64,000 nucleotides of DNA from the human T2T-CHM13v2.0 reference genome, Homo sapiens (GCF_009914755.1 NC_060936.1), one strand, 5' to 3'. Shown: positions 27,747-48,560, numbered from the stretch's first letter. Translations and numbers: made by a program. Notes: generated by a model not told the origin, from the letters alone.

Positions 27747-28207
27747 GAAGCTTCCAGCACAGCATAATAGTAAGGAAACCTAGTTTTACTCATGACCATC
27801 CATAGCAGCTTGCACAACAAGCCCTCAATCATGGCTGCACCTAAATATACATAAGTCATGTTCCTTTCTTTTCTTTTTCTTTTTTTTTTTTTGAGACAGA
27901 GTTTCGCTGTGTCACCCAAGCTAGAAGACAGTGGCACGATCTCGGCTCACTGCAACCTCTGCCTCCCGGGTTCACGCCATTCTCCTGCCTCAGCCTCCCA
28001 GCACCCACCATCATGCCCAGCTAATTTGTTTTTTCTTTTTTTGTTTTTTTTTGTTTTTTACTTTTACTTTCAGTAGAGATGGGGTTTCACTGTGTTGGCC
28101 AGGCTGATCTTGAACTTGTGATCCGCCTGCCTAAACCTCCCAAAGTGCTGGGATTACAGGCATGAGCCACCACTCCTGGCCATCAATTTCCTTTCTTACA
28201 GGTCAAG
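27747..28207 (+). repeat. Copy A of a ~460-bp dispersed duplication (unique flanks plus minus-strand AluS)
   Basis: Aligns with 30052-30509, including non-Alu flanks. Confidence 0.92.
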
Positions 28208-29314
28208 AAAAATAGAGACTCAGAAAGAGTAACTAACTTGCCCAAGATTGCCCAGCTAACAGTTGGTGAAGCTGAATTCAAGACTAGGTAGTCTTGCTCT
28301 TCAATCAGTGCTTCTAACCACTAAGTTACACTGCCTCACAAGAATAACAGAAGCAATTTTTCCACTTACACCACACCCTTCTTATAACAAGATACTTGAA
28401 CATGTGCATAGCCATGTGTGTTTTGGTAAAGATATACCTACATCTTGTGAAAGTAGCACAATCTGAAATCCTGAACTCTTTTCTTTCTAGTTAGGCCTAC
28501 AGAACTTGAAAACATACAGTCTCTTTTCATTAATTAGGAAGAAAATCCTGACACTAAAACTAAGCATTTGTTTGCAAATATCCACCTTCATATACCAACC
28601 CATATATAAACATTCATGGACTAGACATTGGTTTGAGGTCCTGCTATGATGAACCAGTGGCCGGTGGCCCACCACACACTTTTGTCATTCTGTACTGCTT
28701 CCGTCTCTCAACCAACCAAACAGTAACCTGGTCACCCGTCTAAGCCCCTGTCAAGCCAATCCAGTTGTTTTTTTTCCAGCAAGGTGAATTATAGAGCGTA
28801 GAAGTATTTTACCTTTTTCTATTACCTTCTCTGCAACAGAAGTCATGGGCCCATAACAATATCCAATCAGAAATTTCTTTTGCCTTGTTCTAAACACAAA
28901 GGGATAAGTTTCCTCCTAGATTTTATAAAACTCTTAAAAGAAAATGCATGATTTTTAAATGAAGGCACTTCAAAAAGAGGATTTGAAGATATTACTGGTC
29001 CTTGTCCCTTATAGCAGCTATGTGGCCTTCATCTGGGAAAGGGGCACCAAAATTTTGTCGTGACTTTCTTAATAATAGATAGTTGTCACAGTATGTTAAT
29101 CGAAACCACTTCCCATACTTCCCATAATTGTTAGCTGGCCTTTTCATGGGAGAGATTTTTTCAAAGATTTCCCATAATGATGTAACGTATGAAAACAAAG
29201 CAGGTTATAAAATAATATGTATTGTATAATTATATTTTTAATAATACGTATGTATTAACAGGCATAAAAGTGTCCTGGAGGCATACACCCAAGGGTGTTA
29301 ACGTATTAGAATTA

Positions 29315-29668
<354 letters not shown>

Positions 29669-30051
29669 ATATTCTAATTCTTGTGCTACAAATATGTATT
29701 GCTTCTGTATTAAGACAAAATGTTTCAACTACTAAAAAAATAAGATTCAGATGAGCTACATAAACAGTTTCTGAGAGTACCAAGATTGCACTAAGATTCT
29801 ATGCCTCCAGAAGGGGGTAAGAAAGTTAATATTTATTAAGAACTTGCTATATTTCAGACACTTTGTCTTTTTTTTCCCATTTAATCCTCTCTGTGATTCT
29901 GTAAGATGGGTAGTATTGTTACCATTTTACAGATGAGGAAACTTGAGGCTCAAGAAGGTTACATAAACGTCTAAATCATATGCTGAGCACAGAGCCAGGA
30001 TTCCACCAGATTCATCTGATCCCAAAGGCCACACTCCCTTCACTTGCCAAA

Positions 30052-30509
<458 letters not shown>

Positions 30510-31450
30510 GAAGAAGTGCCATGTTGCACACAGACACTCCACTTAGCCCCTTCACTCATCCCCAGTTAATGCAAATGACTCTGAGATTCTTGTTACAGCT
30601 GCAGTGCAATTTGCTGTGTCTTTTAAGACAAAATGTGGTTTGCATTCTCTCTGTTTGTGGTACAGACCCATTATTAGGGTGACTTAGAGCCCTTTGATGA
30701 TTCTGAGATACATATTACACATGCTCTTAAAGGAAGCGTCTTTACATCACAGTCAGCTGACAATTGGCCTCTTATGTTAACAACTGGCAAAACATCACAG
30801 CTTTGCCTTAATTACCTTTTGTTTTCCTGTCCTGTTGCTTGTTTTGTTAAGTATTAATATGACTTTGGTTTCCCCCTCACACCAACAAGCTTCAGGCGAT
30901 TCATTTATGATCTCTCTTTGCTGTCACATCACTTCTGTGAAGAATATAATCGCTGGACATTGTTTTCCCATTATGAAAAAGGACGCAGTGAGGAAGTGCA
31001 GATGCACCTTATGGAATAAGACTGGCAAAATGGCAAGTGGGGAGTGATTGGCAAGAAACTGACATTATAGGAAAAGAAGCAAACTCTGAGCAGACGTGGA
31101 TGGGCATTGACATTTAGGCAGTGGGAGAAAGAATATGTGGATATGTGATAATGGAGGGAAAGTACTTCCACTGACAACAGCAAGGACTATTTCTGAGGCT
31201 TTTACAATGGGCCAAACTCAAGAATAAGTGTTTTACACTTGATTCATCCTCACAAGCAGGATCAGATCCAAGGTTTGTGCAGCTCTGAAGATGACACATT
31301 TTGGGAAGAGGGCAGGGGTCTTTAGACTAGAAAATTACAAATACAGTGTACCTAAAGCCCTCCTGTGAGAAGCTTGTACAAGTGAGGTGTCTTGAGCCTT
31401 AAGCTCCCTGAGCTTCATGACAAACCCATAAACCCTCTGAAGTGGTCTCA

Positions 31451-31769
<319 letters not shown>

Positions 31770-32535
31770 GCATGTGCACCATACTTGAACATATACAAGT
31801 ATGCAAGTGCAAGGGAGTTGGCATCTCATGGGGCAACTTAACCACTACAGGGCATGAACTAGTGGATAAATGTTCCCCTCTTCTGACTCTTAGGCAGATG
31901 ATTCTGAATGGGTGACGAACTCATCCTGGCTTTCCAGGGACCTGAGTTTTCCCTGGTTTAGCATGGAAATCCCGTGTTGCTGTTGGTTATCCTAATTCCG
32001 AAATGCATTCTGCAGGACTGCTTAGAGAGTCCCAGGGGCATCAAGTCCCAGTTTCCCACAGCTTAATAACACACGCTGTTTTGCCTTTCCCTGCTTTCCT
32101 GAGATTACTTCCCAGGATCAGCAAGGTTAACTAACTTGTCCAGTAACACAACTAGCAAGTAACAGAACAGGCTTCCAAAATCCTAAAAAAAAATTTCCAA
32201 AGCCCCCAAATAGGCAAACTCTTATTTGTCTTGAGGACAAACTCTTAAAGCAGCAGCACAAACACCTTGATGTGGTTCTGTGAGTTTTCCTGGCAGGGCC
32301 CAGCCTATCCTTTGTCAGAACCTGCAGAGCTTGGGGCTGTGGAACCCTACCAAGACCTCTGGTGGAACTTGTATCTTTCAGATTCATAGAATCTATAAAG
32401 AAAGCCACTGTTGAGGTGGAGAGAAAAACAAGTTTTAATGATTCAGCTCTTTGTATCCACAAACCAAAAAGCAGGGAAAAAAATTCTTTTTAAGACACAC
32501 ATATTTAATTTAGCCATAGTCCTGGATAAAAACTT

Positions 32536-32750
32536 CCAGTGTTAAGAGCTGGATGCGGGGAATTGCTGGTAAACTGGCTCAGGGAGGGGTGGATGTGGAG
32601 AGAACATGGATTTGTAGCATCTGTCAACTTCTGTGGTGTCAATACTCTCCCCATGACTGATTTCAAGCTACCAGTGGTTGTTTGGCTTGAAACATTCCTG
32701 AATATTTAGCAACTGGCTTTTACAAGCAGGTAGGAGCAGCACACCACTGG
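32536..32750. mobile_element. MER63-like hAT DNA transposon
   Basis: CCAGTG...CACTGG termini; GATTTCAAGCTACCA motif. Confidence 0.65.
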
Positions 32751-32897
32751 CTGTGATGATCATGACCTCAAGTTCTACAGTAATTAGAAAGACCTTTCTT
32801 ACATCTCAGAGCCAAATATTTTTGGCCCTGATATCTTGTCTAGTTGGCACTGCGGAAAGAAGATTTGAGATTGTTAAATCTCGAGAATCTTGTCAGG

Positions 32898-33274
<377 letters not shown>

Positions 33275-33444
33275 TCAACTAGTGAAATGGACATGAAACA
33301 GGCCACCAGGCCTATTAACCCTAGTGGCGCTAGGAAGGGACAAGGCCCCTGACACCCCACAAGCCTTTGCCCATCATGTATAACTGCACCTGCTGCAATA
33401 GAACAACTGGTAAAAGCAAAATCTAGCCTAACCTCCTAATTTTG

Positions 33445-33477
33445 TACACTTGATCTTAGCAGAGTAGCAGCCAAGAA
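33445..33477 (-). pseudogene. Possible degenerate U2 snRNA 5' fragment
   Basis: TACACTTGATCTTAGC is an exact reverse complement of U2 5' sequence, then GCCAAGAA vs GCCGAGAA; interrupts a MIR. Confidence 0.5.
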
Positions 33478-34293
33478 TTTGGAGATGAAGAAACTGAGGC
33501 CCAAGGAGAAGCGTGTCAAAGGTCACATAGGATTTTAAATACTAAAAGTGGGACCAGAAGTTAAGTCTCCTGACTATCTGTCTGCAGTCCTTTCTATATC
33601 TGGCTGTTCAAGCAATTAAACCTTATAATAAATATTTCATTACACTGTCTTTGAACAGTGCCATACCTTCCAGACTAATTTTGTAACAACGTCAGGAAAG
33701 TGATAATTTGGCTGTTTGGGGCCCTGACTTATTTCACTTGCCTCTGTCTTTTTAAGTTTCCTAAAGTTGGAAACACTCATCACTGCACAGATAAGCTAAG
33801 CATTGCCCAATTCAAAGACCAGCTAGATTCCCCATAGAAAACAGAGCCGAAGACACAAGCTTGTGTGAAGGCAGTATATATTGGGTAGTAATCCCAGAAA
33901 TGCAGGAAAAGGCAAAACAATCTGTGTTATTAAGCTGTGGGAAACTGGAACTTGATCTCACTGGGACCCCCTAAGGAGTCCTGCATAATGCATTTCAGAA
34001 TTAAGGTAACCAACAGCAACATGGGATTTCCAGTGCTAACTCAGAGAAAACTCAGATCCGTGGAAAGCCAGGATGAGTTCATCACCCTTTCAGAATCATC
34101 TGCTCAAGAGTCAGAAGAGACGAATATTTATCAACTAGTTCATGTCCTGCAGTGGTTACATTGCCCCATGAGATGCCAACTCCCTTGCACTTGCATACTT
34201 GCATATGTGACAGTCAAAATACATTTCTAACAATGTCCAAGGAAGTTGAGCAAGAGCAACCCCAGGGCAGAATGAGATGCAGGGCTGCCACGT

Positions 34294-35222
34294 TGTGACT
34301 GAATGCAAGTCTGGCTGCTCATGACTTGAGAGCCAAAATATGAGAAGCGAGTAAAAGGAAAGCAACTTTATTCAAATGCTAGCAATTGGGAAATGGCCAG
34401 GCTTGTGCCTCCAAAAGACCATTTCAAGTGTTAGACTGAAGGAAGGGATTTTAAAGGGGGAGACTTGGCCAGGCGCAGTGGCTCATGCCTGTAATCCCAG
34501 CACTTTGTGAGGCCGAGGCTGTCCGATTGCTTGAACCGAGGAGTTTGAAACTAGCCTGGGCAACATAGTGAAAACCCATCTCTACAAAAGATACAAAAAA
34601 AATTAGCCAGATGTGGTGGTGCACACCTGTAGTCCCAGCTACTCTGGAGGCTAAGAGTTGGGAGGACTGCTTGAGCCTGGGAGTTGAGGCTGCAGTGAGC
34701 CATGTTCACACCACTGCACTCCAGCCTGAGCAACAGAGAGAGACTCTGTTTCAAAAAATATGTTAAAAATAAATAAAAAATAAAAAGGGGATACTTAGTA
34801 TGAGAACCATGCCAGAGTAACACAAGATACAGGCCTGCATGTCTTCTTCCAAGGGTTATTTTGAGTTATTGTCCACTTGGAGTGCTGGCTGGTGCCATCT
34901 CAGTTGCAGTCAGGTTATAGATGTCTGTCATGAGGTAATCTCCAAGTAGGGGAGAATTCTGCAGCTGGGTCTCCTTGCCTGGCTGTTGTGTAAAATCAGC
35001 CCCTGGAATTTATTAACAAGTATACAGTTAGATACGTGTCCATGGTGCAAGGGAGAGTCTGGTGGGAAAGAGAGGGAAGCAGAGTTTCAAAGTACATTTC
35101 AAGGTATATTTTAAGACTAAGGAAAAGAGAGTTTCTACACTCAGTTTCGAGGTTACATCTTAAGACTAGAAAGAGAGGAAAAAAGTTTTAAAATGCATTC
35201 AAAGTTGAAAGACTCAGTTACA
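34294..35222 (-). mobile_element. ERV1-class solo LTR containing an AluJ (34467-34785), nested in an LTR16/33-like element
   Basis: TG...CA termini; TSD ACGT/AGGT; Alu TSD AAAGGGG(GAG/AT)ACTT. Confidence 0.7.
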
Positions 35223-36165
35223 AGGTGAGGGAAAGTAGATTCACTTCTCTGGGTGCTGGGTGCTGCAGCAGGGACTGGAGAAAAGGTAGGTTGAGAGGAC
35301 GTGAGGCAGTGCAGAAGCGGTGTCTCACACAGGGCATGAAGGGCAGGCAGCCTTGGTCCCTAGGCTGATAAGACTTCAGTACCAAGTGACCCTCTGGGAC
35401 CTGGAAGATGGTGACTACAATCCATGAAGGGACAATTTATCAAACCGTCCTTTCACAGATCTCCCCATGACAAGATACTGATCCACTTTGTGGCTTTCCT
35501 TCTCACCTTTATCACTTTCTCCTTTACTCCCTCAACAAATATTTAGTGAGTACCTATCATATGCCAGAGACTATGTTAGTTACTTAAAATGTAGCTAAAC
35601 ATAATCCTTATCCTCAAGAAGCATTTAGGGGAGGGACCAACCAGAAAACAGACAGCTATAATACAATATGATGGTGCTAGAGAGAATGGGCCAGAGGGGA
35701 AAGGGAGAAGAAAGATTTCATGTAAGGAAGTAGTATCAAAGCAGAGTCCCTAAGGATTACAAGAATAATAACAATAGTAGATAACTTTTATGGGATGCTT
35801 ACAAAAAGCCAGGCAATGTTCTAAGGTCTTCACAGTACTAATGTAATTAATCCTTACAATAGCCCTGTGAAGGAGGTGCCATGATGATCCTCAACTTTGA
35901 AATGACAAAGCTGAACTATAGGAAAATTAAATAAGCATGCCAAGGTTTAAGGCACAATGGCACACACTGCTAGCTGGTCATTCACCAAAACTCATTTTCT
36001 CTTCTTCCTGGGCACACAGTTAGGTGACGTTTCCCAGCCTCCCTTGCAGCTAGATGTAGCCTTGTGACTGAATTCTAGCTAGTGGAATGGGAGCAGAAGT
36101 GATGTGTACCATGTCCAGGGCTAACCCATAAAAGCCTCTCACATATACCCTCTGTATGCTTCCCC

Positions 36166-36273
36166 CGTTAATGGAGAAACTAAACTCCATAAAAAATTTT
36201 TTCTTTCTTTCTTTCTTTTCTTTCTTTCCTTCTTTTTCTTTTCTTTTTCTTTCTTTTTTTCTTTCTTTCTTTC

Positions 36274-36316
<43 letters not shown>

Positions 36317-37339
36317 ACCTTTCTCTCTCTCTCTTTCTTTCTTTCTCTCTCTCTTTCTTTTCTTTTCTTTCTTTCTTTTTCTTTTCTTCTTTTCCTTAAA
36401 CAAGGTCTTGCTCCGTTACCCAGGCTGGAGTGCAGTGGAATGATCATAATCATAGCTCACTGCAGCCTCAAACTCCAGGCTCAAGCGATCCTCCCACTTC
36501 AGCCTCCTGAGCAGCTAGGACTGCAGGTATGTGCTACCATACCCAGCTAATTTTTTTTTTTTTTTGTAGAGATAGGATCTTGCTATGTTCTTCAGGCTGG
36601 GCATTAAACTCCTGGCCTCAAGCTAACCTCTAGCCATGGTCTCCCAAAGTGCTGGGATTATGAGTGTTAGCCACCACACCTGGCTAAAATATTTTAAAGA
36701 TGTTATTCTGAGTCAATATGAGTGACCATGGCCTGGGGAACACAGTTTCAAGAGGTCCTGAGAAAGTGCACCCTTGGTAGTAGGATTACAGTACAGTTTT
36801 ACACATTTTAGGGAGGCAGGCGTTACAGGCAAAGATATAAATCAGTCACATGGAAGGTATTTACACTGATTCAGCCTGAAAAGGTGGGATATCTTGAAGC
36901 AGGTGCTTACAGGGTATAAGTAAATTCAGAGACTGTTTAATTTACAATTGGTTAAAGAAATAAAGCTTTGTCTAAAAATTCGGAGGCAGCAAAAAAGGAA
37001 TATTTCATATTAAGATATTGTTTTCCAGTACACTGGGTTACAGTGAATTATAAGAATGTGTGACTCAACCCTTCTTGTGTCGTGTTAGGTCCTATTTGTA
37101 ATTTGGCATCTTATTGTGACAATAAGTCCATTTTGTTAGCTTTACGATCTCTATTTTAACACTAATGCTGTTCAGTTGTGCCTAAACTCCAAAAGGGAGG
37201 GAGGATAACAAAGCATATTGGACCTTCCCTTCTTGTGATGGCCAGGAATTCAGTTTTTAAGTTTTTCTTGAGGTCTTCTTGGCCAAGAGGGGGTCTGTTC
37301 AGTTGGTTGGGGGGCTTAGGATTTTATTTTTAGTTTACA
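36166..37339 (-). mobile_element. MER4E-like LTR (ERV1) containing a minus-strand AluJ with (TTTC)n tail (about 36195-36685); inserted in an MLT1J
   Basis: Reverse complement starts TGTAAACTAAAAATAAAATCCTAAGCCCCCCAACC. Confidence 0.82.
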
Positions 37340-37401
37340 TTCTCTTCTGGATGTCTGGAAAGGGTGACCTTGGAAAGCAAATGTTGAAAATGGTTGTCTC
37401 A

Positions 37402-37774
<373 letters not shown>

Positions 37775-38883
37775 CTACATAGAGAAGGGCATATGCCACT
37801 GATTATTTGCTTGCCTATAATTGTTATTTGAGCAAGAAATAAACTTTTACAGGGTTTAGGCCATTGTAGACCTTTGGGTCTTTCTGTTGCAGCAATAATT
37901 CCACCAATTTTATGAGTCTATTTGGTAAAGCAGTTAGTCTACCATAATTAACATGGGCACATATAAAAAGATGGCAGAAAATCAGGTTGAAAAGATAAAT
38001 GAAGGGTGCCATGCATCGTGTTTAAAAGTTTACCTTTTTCCCAAAAGTATTGATGAACTTTTCTTCTAAGACGGAGCAGAAGGGGGAAAAACAGACAGAT
38101 ACAGTTCCAGTTGGATAGAAAGGATAGTTGAGGTTCATATAACTTGCACTCCTTTTGTGAGCACTAAGAGGCAGTGTCATCTTCTTAGGGTATGCTGGAT
38201 GTGTGAGTGTGTGTGGGTTGCAAAGGAGCAGGCCAGGAGCACCAGAAAGGTTTAGAACAACGCGAGAGGCAGTTAGGAGGGCAGACTTTGGAGCTTGAAT
38301 CAGTCAGACTCCAGTAGAAAAAACAGGTATCACTCTAAGCATTTTCAAGAAGAAGGAATTTGATACAGGAAATTGAGTGTTCACAGAACTTATGGAAAGA
38401 CCTGAGAAGGCAAAATTCAGGCAACTCTCCACTAGCTTTCAGTTTCGTTGCCTCAGAGCTGGAGAGCTACTGCCATCCAACTTAGAATCCTGCAGGAAAC
38501 GACTGCCAACTTCAGAGACCTCCACCATCCCAAGGCAGGTAAACTGGCAGGGAAATGTAGTGTCTGCTGTAAAAACTCATGCTCGTGAACTCTACTGGGA
38601 TGTTTTTAAAACATAACTGCACATTCTTTCATGTTCTTTTCATCAAGAGATGTGGCCTGTGTCCCTTTCCCTGGAATCTGAATGGGCTGTGACTGCTTCA
38701 ACCCATGGGGTATGGAAATAAAGCTATGTGACTTCTTTTTTAATATAATTTTTATTTTTATTTATTTATTTTTATTTTTTATTTATTTTAAGATCTGGGA
38801 TACATGTGAAGAACATGCAGGTTTCTTACATAGCTATACATGTGCCATGGTGGTTTGCTGCACCTCTCAACCCGTCATCTAGG

Positions 38884-42996
<4,113 letters not shown>

Positions 42997-43299
42997 TCAT
43001 CTAGGTTTTAAGCCCTGCATGCATTAGGTATTTGTCCCTCCCCTCATCCCTCATCCCACAACAGGACCCAGAGTGTGTTGTTCCCCTCCCTGTGTCCATG
43101 ACTTCTCATTCTTCAACTCCCACATGGAATACAAAGCTATGTGACTTCTAATGTGAATTCATGAAAGAGCATGGAGCTTTTGTTTTGCTTGCTGAAAATA
43201 CTCATTTTTGGAGCCTTGAGCCACCATGTCTGACTACCCTGAGGCCACCATGCTGTAAGAAAGCACAATCCATATGGAGAGGCTGATAATGGACAGGCA

Positions 43300-43563
43300 A
43301 GAGTGTCAGAGAAGGCAATGAGACAATGGAGTCAAGGGAGAGAAGAGGTGATGGTGGAAGCAGAGATTGGAGTGAAACAGGCCATGATCCAAGGAATTCT
43401 GGCAGCCTCCAGAAGCTGGAAAAACCAAAGAAACAGATTGTCCCCTGGGGCTTCCATAAGGAACAGCCCAGATGATCCATTTCAGACTTCTGACTTCCAG
43501 AACATATGTTGTTTTAAGGCACTAAGTTTGTGGTAATATGTTGCAGCAAGAGCAAACTACTAC
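43300..43563 (+). mobile_element. MLT1C/D LTR 3' part
   Basis: GCCTCCAGAAGCTGGAAAA...TTCAGACTTCTGACTTCCAGAAC...CACTAAGTTTGTGGTAAT. Confidence 0.75.
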
Positions 43564-43985
43564 AATGCCTGACTCGCAGTAGACTCTCAGTAAATGTTTG
43601 TTAGTAAGTAAACAAATAAACCAGATTATAAATATCTCTTCTTACAAGAAAATGTGAATTTATACTCCAGGTACTTTTATAAGTTGAATTCATTCTTTGC
43701 CTTCTAAATATTTAGTATTATGATATTTTCAGCTCTCTTGAATGCCTAAACCCAGACTAAATGCACACAAGAACAAACCAAATAGGAAAATGCTGTATTT
43801 TTAGAGAAAATATAATAGCTAAAATTTATTGAGCACTTGCTATGTGCTTTATTTCCTTTCTTTCATTTAATCTGCCCAACAACCCTATAAGGCCCAGTAC
43901 TATTACAATCATTGATAGAGGGGTTAAATAATTTGTCCAAAGTCTCATAAGTAATAAGCAAGAGGCCAGGTTGAAAACCCAGGCT

Positions 43986-44437
<452 letters not shown>

Positions 44438-44737
44438 TCACTCACTGTGTGGCCCTGGGCAAGTCCCCTAACTTTGGTGCCTGGTTCTTTTTTCTGAAAC
44501 AATATGGAGATTGGGCCGGATGACCCTTAAGTTCTCTTTCAAAACAGGGTCTCTCTGCCTATTTCCAACTTAAAAAAAAATCACATATGCTAAATGGGTG
44601 GAATCAGAATAGGATAGCTTCATCCCCTGCATGTACTGAGGAATTTGTGCTTAGTAGGCACCTGGTTAAGCTCCAGTATCCAGTTGCTCCTTTTCTCTCT
44701 ACCACCACTGTTTAATTATGGGAATAATTATGATAAA

Positions 44738-45234
44738 TGTGGTAGACTGATTGCAAAAATGTCTCCAATTCTCCACCCCTCCCTGTAGTAGCCATGCCCT
44801 TTGCAATAGGAATTTGCAGCTCTTCGGAGTAGAGACTATTTCCTCCATCCTTAAATATGGACCTTCCTTGTGACTTACTGTACCCAACAAAATGCTGTGG
44901 GAGTGGTACTGTGACCATTATGAGCTTAGACCTTGCATTCTGCCTGTCTGTCTCAGAACCCTGCTTTACCATGAAAAAAGCTCAGGATAGCCTAATGGAT
45001 GATGAGAGATGCTGTGAAGCAGAGCCAGGTAGTTGGGTCATTTAAGCCAAAACTGTGCTAGATTAGCCAGCCCCCAGCCAGTCTGCCAGCTGACCACAGA
45101 CACATGAATGAGCCCAGCCAAGATCAGCCAAGACCAATCCAGAATAGCAGAGCCACTCAGCCAACTGTAGACTTGTTGCATGCCACTGTGGTTGTTTTAC
45201 AAGCAACTTCATTGTGGCAAGAGAGAACTGATAC
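44738..45234 (+). mobile_element. MLT1H/G-like LTR
   Basis: TGTGGTAGACTGATTGCAAAAATG...AACTGATACA. Confidence 0.75.
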
Positions 45235-46239
45235 AGTGAGCTTCCAGGTTTCAAGGTGAGGCAGAAAGTCTAGTATATAAATTATTCTTGTACTAATTGG
45301 AACAATTAATTAATCAGAAAAAATTAATCTAGGTTACAAGTGACAGAAAGCTGACTCAGCCTTGCCTATACACACAAGGGGATATATTGCCTTATGTTAC
45401 TGAAAAGTCCAGGCATTGGGGAAGTCTCAAAAAAAAAAATTTCCTCTCATGTAACAGCTAAGAATCGAACAGACTACAACTGGGGGCTCTGCTGTCTTCC
45501 ACTTTTGGCTTCCAAGGATTCTTCAATCATTATTTCCCAGTCAATAGGAGAGAGAAAGAAAGAATCCAAGGCAAGTAGCTTTATCTTTTAGCAAATGACC
45601 TGGAAGTTACGCAGAGCACTTCCCATGGGGCTGACCTTGGTCACAAGGCTGTATCTAGGTGCAAGGGGGCAGGAGAGTAGAATGGATCTGGGGAAATGAA
45701 GATTGTAATGTACAGATGCATAACCAAGTAAACTTTGAGATGAGGCTTCTTTTTCTAAAAGATGAATGGAACAATTAATTCTACGGAACAATTAACAGCT
45801 TCTGCCACACACTACTCACCAGCTATATTATCTCCATGGCACTTATTGCATCTGACAGTCTATAAATTCACATGTTTTTTTCTTTTTGTCCCTCCAAACT
45901 AGAACCTGAGCCTCGTGACGGGAGAAACTTTGTTTACTGTTGTATCTTCAGCCCTTAGACCAGTGCCTTACACAGGAGGCACTCAATAAATATTCATTGA
46001 GAAAGTAAATAAATTTTTCTTTTCCAATTGGTGTCTGAGGCACTCACTTTTCTTTCTGATCCACTTTGGATGTCAGTGGATCCAAATTTTCCTGGTTTCT
46101 AGTACTCCTGAGATTCCAGTCCTACTTCTTCTTGGGGCTCCCAGGATTCAAGAGTAAGGTGTTGTCTTTCCTGATTCCATTTCATAGAGGACTTCAGGAT
46201 GAGAGGCAGAAGGAATTACAGAGAGACACATTTTTTAAA

Positions 46240-47200
46240 AAAAATTAATAGACTTTATTTTTATAGTGGTTTTAGGTTTATAGAAAAATTGAACAGAAAG
46301 TACAGAGAGTTTCCATATGCCTACTTTCCCTCCCCGCACAATTTTCTTCATTAGTAATATGTTGCATTAGTCATGTATCTATAATTACAGTGTCATAAAA
46401 GTAGTGTCACTGACCTAAGAATGCCCTGTGTTCCACCTAATGATCCCTCCCTTCTTTCCCCCACTCACTCTAGTACCACTGATATTTTTATTGTCTCTAC
46501 AGTTTTAACTTTTCTAGAATGTCATATTTGGAGTCTTAAAGATGAAGCCTATGTAGCCTTTTCAGATTGGTTTCTTTCACTTTGCAATAGCCTGATAGTT
46601 GGTTTCTTTTTATCCTGGAATAATATTCCATTGTCTAAATGTTCCATGGTTTGTTTATCCATTGAAGAACATCTTGGTCACTTCCAATTTTTGGCAATTA
46701 TGAATAAAGCTGCTATAAATATTTGTGTGCTGGTTTTTGTGTGGCTATAAGTTTTCAGTTCATTTGGATGAGTACTTAAGAGCACAATCGCTGGACCATA
46801 TGGTAAGCCTATGTTTCACTTTCTAAGAAATAGGTGTCTCCTAAAGTGGCTGTGCCATTTTGTATTCTCACCAGCAATGAATGAGAATTTCTGCTGCTCC
46901 ACGTCCTTTCCAGCATTTAGTGTTGTCAGTATTTTGGAGTGGAGCCACTGTAATAGGTGTGTAGTGGTATCTTGTTATTTTAAATTTCAATTCTCTAATG
47001 ACATATGATGTTGAGCATCTTTTCATACTGTATATATTCTGCAGTGAGGTGTCTGTTCAGATCTCTCATTCATTTTTTAATTGGGCTATTTGTTTTTTAT
47101 TGTGGAGTTTTAAGGGTGTTTGCATATTTTGAATACAAAACTTTATTAGATATGTGTTTTGCAGATATTTTTCCCAGTCTGTGGCTTGTCTTATTCTCTT
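46240..47200 (-). mobile_element. L1MC-like 3' end
   Basis: TTTAGGTTTATAGAAAAATTGAACAGAAAGTACAGAGAGTTTCCATATG plus reverse ORF2-end motifs. Confidence 0.75.
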
Positions 47201-48163
47201 AAGATGCATTTTTAAGTGTATCTTTAAAGGTATTCTGTCACCCAGATCAGTGCATATGGTGTATGAGAGACTGAGAAATGTCCACTCCTAGGTCTTTCCT
47301 TCACTATTATTGAAAACTAATTATTGGATATACAGAAAAAGTTCTGGGAGCAACTCTAATAAATTACTTATTTGACTTTATATCATGCAACATTCAAAAT
47401 ATGTATGTGTACATTACTTTTTTGTTGCAGGGTTAATTTTTCATATTTTACAGCGTTAGTTTCACACATTTTACAAAGTCACATGGCTAAGTGAACCTCC
47501 TAGGATCAGCACCCAGGTTTTCTGACTCCTAGTCTGAGACACTTTCCAAATCCATCCCATTGACTGTTATCATCAAGACTTTGTATTTGACTTTTTTTAT
47601 TCTTACTCACATATTTGTGTTCAGAGGAAGGCTTAGGTTTCCAATCTTATGAGCAACATACAAATCTTAAATTATCGGCATAAATTCTATATTGTTTTGG
47701 TTGCAAATGACAGAACCCAACTCAAATTGGCTTAAACACAAAAGAGGGAATTAGTGAACTAAGGTTACTGAAAGTCCAAGGACTGGATGGATCCAATAAG
47801 CTAATCAATACTTATTATCAATTTCTCTCTCCCTGTCCCCTCTGTTTTCCTTTGCATAGGCTTCATTCTCAGGCCGACCTCTCCATGAAGTGACAACGAG
47901 GACCACCAAAAACTTCAGGCTCCTAGCATCCTGGCAAATCTAAGAAAAAGAAGCACCTTCTTACCTATGGCTTAGCTCTAGTAAAAGTTCAGCTCAGGGG
48001 CTTGGCCCAGCTTGGGGTACCTGCCCATCTCTAAGCCAATGATGTTGTCAAAGAAATGCAGCCTAGGACACAGACCTTCCCTGGACCCTAGCTCGAACCT
48101 CAGACACTAAGAGTGAAGGCAGATTGATTCTTCAAAGGAAAATCAGGATGCTGTTTCCTGAAA

Positions 48164-48510
48164 AGGGGTCCCCAACCCCTGAGCCGCGGACCGGTACCGG
48201 TTCATGGCCTGTTAGGAACTGGGCTGCGCAACAGGAGGTGAGAGATAGTCAAAAGAGCATTACAATCTGAGCTTCGCCTCCTGTCAGATCAGCGGCGGCA
48301 TTAGATTCTCATAGGAGTGGAACCCCATTGTGAACTGCGCATACAGGGATCCAGCTTGCAGTGCTTCTTATGAGAATCTAACTAATGCTTGATGATCTGA
48401 GGCAGAACAGTTTCATCCTGAAACCACCCCCTCACTCGCAGCCCCCAGTCTGTGGAAAAATTGTCTTCCACGAAACCAGCCCCTGGTGCCAACAAGGTTG
48501 GGGACTGCTG
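48164..48510 (+). mobile_element. MER1B (hAT-Charlie)
   Basis: AGGGGTCCCCAACCCC...GGTTGGGGACTGCTG; 8-bp TSD CTGAAAAG. Confidence 0.88.
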
Positions 48511-48560
48511 CTGAAAAGAGAGGACAAGGAAATCTACAAATATCTACAACAGCCAAGCAT

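Noticed and set aside
28992-29198. 68-aa ORF and acceptor-like CCCTTATAG as a downstream exon of the 24.6-kb candidate
   Set aside because: Cannot be linked without transcript data; the chance level is high
36050-36453. K/E/R-rich and F/S-rich ORFs
   Set aside because: Artefacts of the (TTTC)n Alu tail
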